NCBI GenBank assembly: GCA_046292855.1
Contig: JBKBPX010000001.1
Location: forward strand, 1-49,614
Length of the DNA: 49,614 bases
Source: Anaerolineales bacterium
GTDB lineage: Bacteria; Chloroflexota; Anaerolineae; Anaerolineales; Villigracilaceae
Reading direction: 5' to 3'
The first letter of the stretch is position 1, and each line of letters begins with the position of its first letter. Both the position numbers and the translations under genes were made by a program. This document shows positions 28,017 to 35,211 of the stretch, piece by piece. Under the pieces are notes generated by a model. The model was not told where the DNA came from and did no database searches. It was given only the letters and a program-made list of their open reading frames with translations.

Positions 28017-28816
28017 GTTCTTTGGCGGAGTTCGCCGTGCAACCATTCGGCGGCTTTCATCATGGAGGGGCCGTTATGGATGATGTTGTGCGGCGGGGAA
28101 ATATCGGCTTGGATGGTCTGGTAATGCCAGCCACGTTCGCGCTGCAGGTCAATCGCTTGGACGGGGAATTCGGGCTCGGAGTAGAGCAGGAAAATATCCG
28201 GCTTGCGGCGCACCACTTCTGCCAAGTCCAGGCCCAGATACCCTTTGCGCACATCACCGAAGATGTTTTCACCGCCAGCAGCCTCGATGAGATCATGGAT
28301 GAAAGTCAGGCCGCCGACCATGCGCACATGCTTGCCAAACCAAATTTCAGCATAGACGCGCGGTCGAGGGTTGGGCGCCGCAGCAGCAAGTTCCGAGAAG
28401 CGCTCCTGCCAGCGGCGAATTAATCGGCGTGCGGCAGGCATATCATCCACCAGGGCGCCGAGTGCGATGATGTTCTCAAAAACGCCATGCAAGCTGTTGG
28501 GCAGGGGCAGAACGTAAACCGGCCATCCCTGGCGATGTAGCTTGTGCGCCAATCCGCGCTGCACACCACTGGTGAGCAGGATGAGATCGGGCCGCACCAC
28601 ATGGAGTTTTTCCTCCTCTACTCTCAGGTAATCGCCAACGATGGGAACATTCAGATTTGGCGCGAAATTGGGACACCAGCTCGAAATGCCGGCAATCGCT
28701 TCGCCATATCCCATCTGGACGAGGGCTTCGGTCAGATCGGAGGCGAGAGAGACGATGCGCTGCGGATGAGCAGGGATTTCGACAAAATCGGAGAGGGGGT
28801 CGCAGTAGAGTTTCAT
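28004..28816 (-). CDS. Cobalamin/siderophore-type (class 8) binding-protein homologue without signal peptide
   Basis: 270 aa. N-terminus MKLYCDPLSDFVEIPAHPQRIVSLASDLTEALVQMG resembles the first strand and helix of BtuF/FhuD-like proteins. No hydrophobic leader or lipobox. Confidence 0.7.
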   Translation of the reverse strand: MKLYCDPLSDFVEIPAHPQRIVSLASDLTEALVQMGYGEAIAGISSWCPNFAPNLNVPIVGDYLRVEEEKLHVVRPDLILLTSGVQRGLAHKLHRQGWPVYVLPLPNSLHGVFENIIALGALVDDMPAARRLIRRWQERFSELAAAAPNPRPRVYAEIWFGKHVRMVGGLTFIHDLIEAAGGENIFGDVRKGYLGLDLAEVVRRKPDIFLLYSEPEFPVQAIDLQRERGWHYQTIQADISPPHNIIHNGPSMMKAAEWLHGELRQRTTRL

Positions 28817-28824
28817 GGCAGTTG

Positions 28825-28896
28825 GTCTGATGGTCTGATAGTCTGATAGTCTGATGGTCTGATAGTCTGATGGTCTGATAGTCTGATAGTCTCATG
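28825..28896. repeat. Octamer tandem repeat (GTCTGAT[A/G]), 9 units
   Basis: gtctgatg/gtctgata nine times. Fills the spacer between the ATPase stop (28892) and the binding-protein start (28816). Confidence 0.9.
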
Positions 28897-29881
28897 GTGG
28901 ATGATGTTGGAGGGCAGTGAGGAGGGATTCCAGGCTGGTGTGCTCGCTGCAGCCTTGCGGGTTGATGAGCTGCCAAGTGTGGGCAGCGGTGATTTCTACA
29001 TGCAGTGGCAGGCGAATGCCCTGATTGTGCACTTCGTACCCGATGCGTTCTAGGGCGCGCCAGGTCCAGGCCAGGGTTATGCCATGTTGTTCGCTGTGTA
29101 GGCTAATGGGGCCGTGTTCGGGTTGATGAATCCGGAAAGCGCCGCTGGCATGGTCAAAGTATACGCCTTCACGTTGAAAAAGGCGCGCCACTGCGCCATT
29201 CAGCGCAAGTTCTTCCGGAATGCCGCTTTGGAATTCACCGTTTGAAGAGAGCAGCCAAAGCCGGTCGGCGATGCGCAAGGCGAGGTCGAGGTCGTGAATC
29301 GAAAGGAGCACGGCGCAGGCGGTCTGGCGGGCTAGGTTGCGAAGCAGGCGCAAGGTTTCAATACGACGCGGCAGGTCGAGGAAGGCGGTCGGTTCATCGA
29401 GGAGGAGCACCTGTGGCTCCTGGGCCAGGGCACGGGCAATCATCACCCGTTGGCGTTCGCCATCGCTTAGTTCATGGAAAAGACGATCGGCCAGAGAAAG
29501 GCTATCGGTGAGTTCCAGCGCGCGGCGGATCGCGGCATGATCATGCGCTCGCAGTCGCCCGAACCAATCTGTATAGGGATGTCGCCCGAGCGCGACGAGG
29601 GTGTAAACCGAAAGATGTCCGATCTCGATTCGGGTGGTAAGCACCACTGCCAGATGTCGTGCCAATTCCAGGGCGGGCATTTGATGGATGTCTTGCCCAT
29701 CTAGGAGCACTTGGCCGCTCAAGGGAGATAGCATCCCGGCTAGGGTGCGCAATAACGTGGATTTGCCGGCCCCGTTCGGGCCGATCAGCGCGACCATTTC
29801 GCCGGGACGGAGTTCCAGCTCCAGGTTGGAGGCGAGAATCCTGTTCGGATAACCGATCGTGAGAGAAGAGGTGGTGAGCAT
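28892..29881 (-). CDS. ABC transporter ATP-binding protein (FecE/BtuD-like) with C-terminal extension
   Basis: Walker A GPNGAGKST, signature LSDGERQRV, Walker B LLLDEPT. The start MLTTSSLTIGY at 29881 lies just after the permease stop; the longer ORF to 30187 overlaps the permease and was rejected. Confidence 0.88.
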   Translation of the reverse strand: MLTTSSLTIGYPNRILASNLELELRPGEMVALIGPNGAGKSTLLRTLAGMLSPLSGQVLLDGQDIHQMPALELARHLAVVLTTRIEIGHLSVYTLVALGRHPYTDWFGRLRAHDHAAIRRALELTDSLSLADRLFHELSDGERQRVMIARALAQEPQVLLLDEPTAFLDLPRRIETLRLLRNLARQTACAVLLSIHDLDLALRIADRLWLLSSNGEFQSGIPEELALNGAVARLFQREGVYFDHASGAFRIHQPEHGPISLHSEQHGITLAWTWRALERIGYEVHNQGIRLPLHVEITAAHTWQLINPQGCSEHTSLESLLTALQHHPP

Positions 29882-29883
29882 TT

Positions 29884-30930
29884 TCAAGAAAAAGATTGGC
29901 GCAGTTGGGGTTGCCGCAAAATAATCCACAAAATAATCGGCACGCCAAACAGGGACATAACCACGTTGAGCGGTAACACGTGCTGGGAACCGGGCATTTG
30001 GGCGATCAGATCGGCAAGCAGGGCGAATGAAGCACCCATCAGCATCACAGCCGGCATCAGGAATCGGTGATCCGCAGTCTGGAGCAGAGCACGCGCCACA
30101 TGGGGCACGGCCACCCCGATGAACCAAATCGGGCCACAAAAGGCAGTAGAGGCGCCCGCCAGCACCGATGCGCTGACGATGATCCATAAACGCGCCCGTC
30201 GTACATCCAACCCCAAGCTGCGCGCGTATTCTTCACCCAGCATCAGGGCATTCAGAGATTTGACCAGTATCAATGCCGAAAACAGGCCTATTAGGAGGGC
30301 AGAAGCGAAGACGGGCATATGCGTCCAGGTGACGCCGCCAAAGCCGCCGGCTGCCCATAGGCTCATCGCCTGGACGCGCTCCGGACGGCTGAAATAGATA
30401 AGCAGGCTGAGGATAGCGTTGGCCAGATAGCCAAACATCAGGCCGCTGATGAGCAAGATCAGGGTATTCTGGACTCGTCGCGCCAGCAACAAAACCAGCG
30501 CCAGCACCGCTCCCGCGCCCAGGCTGGCGGCCACTGCCAGGGAGAAGCTGCCAAATAAGCTCAAGCCGGCGATGAAGGATAGGCCGCCAGATACCCCGCT
30601 GCCTAAAATCACCAGCGCTACGCCCACGCTCGCCCCCGAACTCACACCCAGGACGAAAGGATCGGCCAAGGGGTTGCGGAAAAGGGTTTGCATTTGCAAG
30701 CCGGCAGCCGAAAGCGCGGCGCCGACCAGAAGCGCAGTCAAGGCTTTTGGCAGGCGGAATTGAAAGAGAATATCCGCCCAGGAGGCTTTCGCCGGCGCGC
30801 CTCCCAGCAGGATATGCGCTATCTGATCTAACGGAATGCGAACCGAGCCAAATGCCAGGCTGAGCAGAAAAGCCAATCCGAGAAAGATCGGCAAGAAGGG
30901 AATGAGCCAGGAACGGGACATATACGGCAA
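29884..30930 (-). CDS. FecCD-family ABC permease (BtuC-like)
   Basis: 348 aa, about 10 TM helices, with the Gly/Ala-rich pattern typical of iron-siderophore/B12 permeases. Confidence 0.88.
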   Translation of the reverse strand: MPYMSRSWLIPFLPIFLGLAFLLSLAFGSVRIPLDQIAHILLGGAPAKASWADILFQFRLPKALTALLVGAALSAAGLQMQTLFRNPLADPFVLGVSSGASVGVALVILGSGVSGGLSFIAGLSLFGSFSLAVAASLGAGAVLALVLLLARRVQNTLILLISGLMFGYLANAILSLLIYFSRPERVQAMSLWAAGGFGGVTWTHMPVFASALLIGLFSALILVKSLNALMLGEEYARSLGLDVRRARLWIIVSASVLAGASTAFCGPIWFIGVAVPHVARALLQTADHRFLMPAVMLMGASFALLADLIAQMPGSQHVLPLNVVMSLFGVPIILWIILRQPQLRQSFS

Positions 30931-31055
30931 CCGTAACTCTAGTGCCCTGTTTGGACAATGGACGAGAAGATTGCGGATGTGTTACTCATAGGCTTTGCAG
31001 ATTCGTGAAAGGAGAGGACAACTCCCAGGTTATCCTGAGAGTTGTCCTGTGCGGT

Positions 31056-32318
31056 TTATTTCAGCTGACGGTAATAGATCAGGAGGTGATCCGGCAGCAG
31101 ATCAGGGTGGAAAATTTTGATCAGGTCAGCCAGGACGTACTCTGGGTGGGCGACAGCCGTCTCGTAATAGTCATTGCCGCCCTGTGGGGTGACTCTGGCA
31201 TCGTTGTTCCAGACGTTGCCGTTCTTGAAGGCGGCGAATTCGGCAAAGCGCGGGTCGGCGGCCTTTAGGTCTGCCAGCGAGCCAAAGAAGCCCACATTCA
31301 ACCAGTAATCCGCCTCTTTGGCGCGCTCGAAAACGGCCTCGAAGGAGAGGGAAAGGCTGCCTGCAGAGGTATCGTCAGCCCAGAGATATTCTGCGCCGGC
31401 ATCTTTGAAGAACGCGGCGACATAGCTTTTTCCGCCGGGCATGTACCAGGTGCCCTGGTAAGGAGTGTTGGCGAAGATGGTGGGCTTCTCGGTCAGGTTG
31501 GCGGTGAGTTGGGTCAGCTCGGTGTATTTCTTGGTGATCTCGGCGAAGAGGGCTTCGGCAGCGGCTTCCTTGTTGAAGAAGAGGGCAATGTACTTTCCCC
31601 ATTCAGCCCGGCCTAGCGGGGAGGTATCCATCCATTCGGCGTTAATCGCCACCTTCAGGCCGGCCTTGAGCAGGACCGGGTGGGCATCGTATTCCGGGGC
31701 GCCGGAGCCGTAGGCCATGATCAGGTCAGGCTTGAGTTCCAGCGCTTTTTCGACATTGATCCCGGCGCCATAGCCAAGTGTGACCAACTTCCCTTCCTCG
31801 GCCATCTTGAGCACTTTCGGGTTGCTCACGTAGGTTGTGTCATCCACGCCTACCAGCCGATCGAGCACGCCCAGTTCATCCAGGAAAGGCAAATAGGTAG
31901 TGGAGAGGGTAACGATCGTGCGTACCGGCACCTCGATGATCTCTTCGGGTTTGAACCCTTCCGGTGCGGGGGTGCCGCATTGGACCAGCACATAACGGAT
32001 CGGCTCCGTGGCACCAGGCCAGGGGGTGGCGATAGTGACTACCTTGTAGTTGTTGTGGTATTCCACGCTCAGATTCTGGGCATGTGTGATGGTTACTTTT
32101 TCGGGGAAATAATCCACGTTAGGGTTATATTGACCCTGCGGGATACAGCTATCCGTCAAGTTGTGGACAGGCGTGAAGGGGGTGGCGGTAGCTGTGGGGA
32201 GAGGGGTGGCAGTGCTCGTAGGAACAAGCGTTGGCGTAGGTGGAAGTGGGGTTGCTCGTCCACAGGCGGCCAGGAACAGGCTAAGGGAGAAAAGCAGAGC
32301 CAGTATCTTGCGAAGCAT
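31056..32318 (-). CDS. Lipoprotein substrate-binding protein of the B12/siderophore-type ABC transporter
   Basis: Start MLRKILALLFSLSLFLAACG (lipobox), a Thr/Pro-rich linker, then a class-8 binding-protein fold. SD ggagga. The longer ORF to 32441 covers the riboswitch terminator and was rejected. Confidence 0.85.
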   Translation of the reverse strand: MLRKILALLFSLSLFLAACGRATPLPPTPTLVPTSTATPLPTATATPFTPVHNLTDSCIPQGQYNPNVDYFPEKVTITHAQNLSVEYHNNYKVVTIATPWPGATEPIRYVLVQCGTPAPEGFKPEEIIEVPVRTIVTLSTTYLPFLDELGVLDRLVGVDDTTYVSNPKVLKMAEEGKLVTLGYGAGINVEKALELKPDLIMAYGSGAPEYDAHPVLLKAGLKVAINAEWMDTSPLGRAEWGKYIALFFNKEAAAEALFAEITKKYTELTQLTANLTEKPTIFANTPYQGTWYMPGGKSYVAAFFKDAGAEYLWADDTSAGSLSLSFEAVFERAKEADYWLNVGFFGSLADLKAADPRFAEFAAFKNGNVWNNDARVTPQGGNDYYETAVAHPEYVLADLIKIFHPDLLPDHLLIYYRQLK

Positions 32319-32485
32319 AAACTCCTCCGATAGGATAAGATGGTGGGAATGCAAAAACCCCTGCCGCAGCAGGGGGGAGGAGAGCCAGTCCAAACGATGG
32401 CGTTCTCCACCTCCTTTCCGCGAGAGTGTGGGAACACACATCAGGGCGGGCGACCTGGCTTGGGTGGGTCAAGAGTGGTGTAATA

Positions 32486-32533
32486 GTCTTATAGTCTTAT
32501 AGTCTTATAGTCTTATGGTCTTATGGTCAGATG
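32486..32533. repeat. Octamer tandem repeat (GTCTTAT[A/G]), 6 units
   Basis: gtcttata three times, gtcttatg twice, gtcagatg. Confidence 0.9.
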
Positions 32534-32547
32534 GTGTTTTTGTCGAA

Positions 32548-32651
32548 CTATTTGTCTATTTGACTATTTGACTATTTGACTATTTGTCTATTTGACTATT
32601 TGACTATTTGTCTATCTGTCTATTTGACTATCAGACCATTTGACTATCTGA
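32548..32651. repeat. Octamer tandem repeat (CTATTTG[A/T]), 13 units, inverted relative to 32486-32533
   Basis: ctatttgt/ctatttga/ctatctgt/ctatcaga units. The reverse complement (GTCAAATA) differs from GTCTTATA at two positions, and ctatcaga is the exact reverse-complement phase of GTCTGATA. Confidence 0.9.
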
Positions 32652-32666
32652 CCCTCGACTTCCCTC

Positions 32667-32708
<42 letters not shown>

Positions 32709-32761
32709 CAGCCCTCCCATCCGGGGGGTGGGGCACCCTGATGCGAGATGAATTGTGGGAA

Positions 32762-32770
32762 ATTTTACCA
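32762..32770 (-). promoter_or_regulatory. Extended -10 element candidate (TGGTAAAAT) for the riboswitch transcript
   Basis: The minus strand reads cttgTGGTAAAATttccc, about 20 nt upstream of the P1 helix. Confidence 0.4.
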
Positions 32771-32874
32771 CAAGAATGGGTTCCGATGTTATGCATCGGT
32801 GAATAATTAGGGTTTTTCAATTGTTGTATAATTTGGGGCAAAAGACTCAATTCTGAAGGATATGGAGGTGTAGG

Positions 32875-33039
32875 ATGAGTTTGCTCCCTTTGCTCAAGAC
32901 GATTCCCGGCCCTCGTTCCCGCCGTCGTCTTGAGTGCCCATTACACGGGATGCTGGTAATCCTGATCCTGGCAGTTGCGCATGGGGAGGAGCAGTGGCGC
33001 GAGGACAGGAAGATGGCCTTTCGATGGGTGGGCGGATGA
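32875..33039 (+). pseudogene. N-terminal remnant of an ISAs1-family (H-repeat-associated) transposase
   Basis: 54-codon ORF MSLLPLLKTIPGPRSRRRLECPLHGMLVILILAVAHGEEQWREDRKMAFRWVGG. It resembles the DDE_Tnp_1-associated N-terminal block i.DpR......H.l..iL.i.i.Av..Ga..W..i..F, and then stops. Confidence 0.4.
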
Positions 33040-33106
33040 TCGTCTTCCCTCCTAAACTTCGGTTCAAAAACCTTGTCAAAAACGCTGATTTGTGTATAAT
33101 TGGGGG

Positions 33107-33152
33107 TGCGAACCGTCTGGGTGCCCCCCTCACCCCGGCGGTTCGCATTTTT
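33107..33152 (+). terminator. Strong hairpin plus T-run, preceded by a promoter-like TTGTCA-16-TATAAT (33073-33100)
   Basis: TGCGAACCG tct GGGTG ccccct CACCC cgg CGGTTCGCA TTTTT. Confidence 0.45.
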
Positions 33153-33296
33153 AGGACAATCCATCAAGAGGGGCTTTATCAAGCGCCTTTCCCATTGTGC
33201 AGCAACCGTGCTGATAGATCAGGCAGGGATGGGATCGCAACTGCCAGAACAGGCAGAAGGACGCCCACCGCCGCCAGTGTTAATCTGACGAGATTG

Positions 33297-33522
33297 CAAA
33301 TTTTGGTTTTGCGTATCTGACTTTAGGCGGCTACACACCTGGGAGCGTATCCGCCTCGGATGCTGATGCCTTGCTACCAACCCAAGCGCCGCTGGCGGAC
33401 GGGACGTCCACATGGCGGACGGGACGTCCGCGTTCCCAAGATTCTTGCTTCTGAGCGCCTAGGCGGTTCTTTGGCAGGCCGCATCAAGTTCAATAACTTT
33501 AAAATATAAATGGACAGAATAG
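33297..33522 (+). mobile_element. MITE-like repeat family A copy, left terminus missing
   Basis: ttttggttttgcgtatctgactttaggcggctacacacctgggagcgtatccgcctcgg ... ggcggacgggacgtcc twice ... gcatcaagttcaataac..aaatggacagaatag. Confidence 0.75.
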
Positions 33523-33572
33523 CGTGTTGTCAGTGTCTGCTCAAAATTAGGCAATCGCACCTTCTCCGTAGC

Positions 33573-33745
33573 GAGTTTTTGCAATGGACCGGCTATTGAG
33601 CTTCGGGGCCACTGTTTCAAGTAATACTTTTACGCCATCCCTTTGTGTTTCACCACCTCCCCTTTGTAGGACAACTCATTTTAGCCAGCTTAGCCCTCGC
33701 CAGTTAATTTTAGTTGACTCATTTTTCCAAATTGTGAACAGTCAC
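33573..33745 (+). repeat. Dispersed non-coding repeat family B, copy 2
   Basis: See 11214-11425. Same orientation, upstream of a plus-strand gene, with a shorter central segment. Confidence 0.7.
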
Positions 33746-33817
33746 CCTCGTCTCTCCTCCTCATGCGGGCGCTGACAGGGTATAATCTTCTCATCTTGCG
33801 CGTGAAAAGGAGCATTT

Positions 33818-35176
33818 ATGTCTGACCATACCCGAATGGATACCTACCTGGAATCTCATCTAGATGCCAGCCTGCAGGAGTTGGCGCGGCTGGTGGCGCA
33901 GCCTTCCGTGGCAGCCCAGAATTGGGGATTGCAGGAGTGTGCCGCGCTGGTGGCCGAAATGTTGCGCCAACGTGGCTTTGATGTAGAGGTGATGCCCACA
34001 GATGGCGCGCCGGTGGTGCTGGCCGAGCGGAAAGGACGGAGCGAGAAGACTCTCCTCTTCTATAACCACTATGATGTGCAACCACCGGAACCGCTGGAGC
34101 TTTGGGAAACGCCTCCGTTCGAACCTAGCATCCGCAATGGAAAGATGTATGGACGTGGCGTGAGCGATGATAAAGGCCACTTGGTGGCGCGTCTATTTGC
34201 CATTGATGCCCTTTTGGAAACAGAAGGTGAATTGCCCTGCAATGTCAAGTTCATCATCGAAGGGGAAGAGGAAACCAGCAGCCTCCATCTGCACGATTTC
34301 ATCTTGCAGCATAAGAGCCGACTCCAGGCAGATGCCTGCATTTGGGAATTCGGCTATGTGGATCATCGCGATGTGCCTATGCAATATCTGGGGCTGCGCG
34401 GCATTTGCTATGTGGAGCTTTCGGTCGAGACGGCAAGCACCGATGTGCATTCTGGCCTAGGCGGCTCGATCTTTCCGAATGCGGCCTGGCGATTGGTCTG
34501 GGCTTTGAATACGCTAAAAGGCGTAGATGAACACATCCGCATCCCCGGCTTCTATGATGCGGTGCGCCCTCCCTCGCAGCGAGATCGGGAGCTGATGGCG
34601 GCCTTGCCCGAAGTGGCGGCGGAGTATCGTCAGCGCTACGGTGTGCGAGAATTTATCAAGGGCTTGAAAGGGGGAGCAGCACTGCATATCGAGGAGGTCT
34701 TTAGCCCCACCTGCACAATTTGCGGCCTGACCAGCGGCTACCAGGGACCCGGCGCAAAGACGGTGTTGCCGGCGCGCGCTTCGGCGAAGGTGGATTTCCG
34801 CCTTGTGCCCGATCAGCATCCTCAAGATATTCTCGAAAAATTGCGCGCCCACCTGGATCGAGAAGGTTTCTCAGATGTGCAGCTTCGTTTCTTGGGCGGA
34901 GAACCACCGGCACGCACCGATCCAGACCATCCGTTCGTCAATTTGGTGGTGGAAACAGCACGTCCAGTCTACGGCGTGCCGATGCAAAAGGTGCCCATGA
35001 CGGGTGGCTCCGGGCCGATCTATCCCTTTGTGCACGATTTGGGGTTGCCAGTGGCAACGGCCGGCTTGGGCTATCCGGATACGCGTGCTCACGCGCCGAA
35101 TGAAAATATCCGCATTGACCTGTATCTGAAGCATGCCCGTCACATGGCGCGGGTGATAGAGGAGTTTGGACGGTAG
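33818..35176 (+). CDS. M20-family metallopeptidase (ArgE/DapE/dipeptidase-like)
   Basis: LLFYNHYDVQP, GRGVSDDKG and IIEGEEETSS metal-ligand motifs. SD aaggag. Confidence 0.9.
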   Translation: MSDHTRMDTYLESHLDASLQELARLVAQPSVAAQNWGLQECAALVAEMLRQRGFDVEVMPTDGAPVVLAERKGRSEKTLLFYNHYDVQPPEPLELWETPPFEPSIRNGKMYGRGVSDDKGHLVARLFAIDALLETEGELPCNVKFIIEGEEETSSLHLHDFILQHKSRLQADACIWEFGYVDHRDVPMQYLGLRGICYVELSVETASTDVHSGLGGSIFPNAAWRLVWALNTLKGVDEHIRIPGFYDAVRPPSQRDRELMAALPEVAAEYRQRYGVREFIKGLKGGAALHIEEVFSPTCTICGLTSGYQGPGAKTVLPARASAKVDFRLVPDQHPQDILEKLRAHLDREGFSDVQLRFLGGEPPARTDPDHPFVNLVVETARPVYGVPMQKVPMTGGSGPIYPFVHDLGLPVATAGLGYPDTRAHAPNENIRIDLYLKHARHMARVIEEFGR

Positions 35177-35196
35177 ACGGTGGACGGTGGACGGTG
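35169..35196. repeat. Heptamer tandem repeat (GACGGTG type), 4 units
   Basis: gacggta, then gacggtg three times. Overlaps the last codons and stop of the peptidase gene. Confidence 0.85.
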
Positions 35197-35211
35197 GTGG
35201 CCGGGGGAGGG

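Noticed and set aside
27953-28896. Possible CRISPR array, suggested by regularly repeated short sequences (also at 32486-32651 and the heptamer loci)
   Set aside because: The units are only 7-8 nt and directly abut one another with no unique spacers. No cas genes are present. These are simple tandem repeats, not CRISPR.
28476-28976. 166-aa minus-strand ORF with the repetitive peptide RLSDYQTIRLSDHQTIRLSDHQT
   Set aside because: The repetitive peptide is just a translation of the octamer array. The ORF overlaps the real binding-protein and ATPase genes out of frame.
29882-30187. N-terminal 102-aa extension of the ABC ATPase ORF (track entry 28892-30187)
   Set aside because: It overlaps the 3' end of the permease gene in another frame and has Cys/Arg/Pro-rich junk composition. 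The ATPase domain begins right at the internal Met (29881), immediately after the permease stop.
32319-32441. N-terminal extension of the lipoprotein binding-protein ORF (track start 32441)
   Set aside because: The extension covers the riboswitch terminator and SD. The internal Met at 32318 gives a canonical lipoprotein signal peptide preceded by ggagga.
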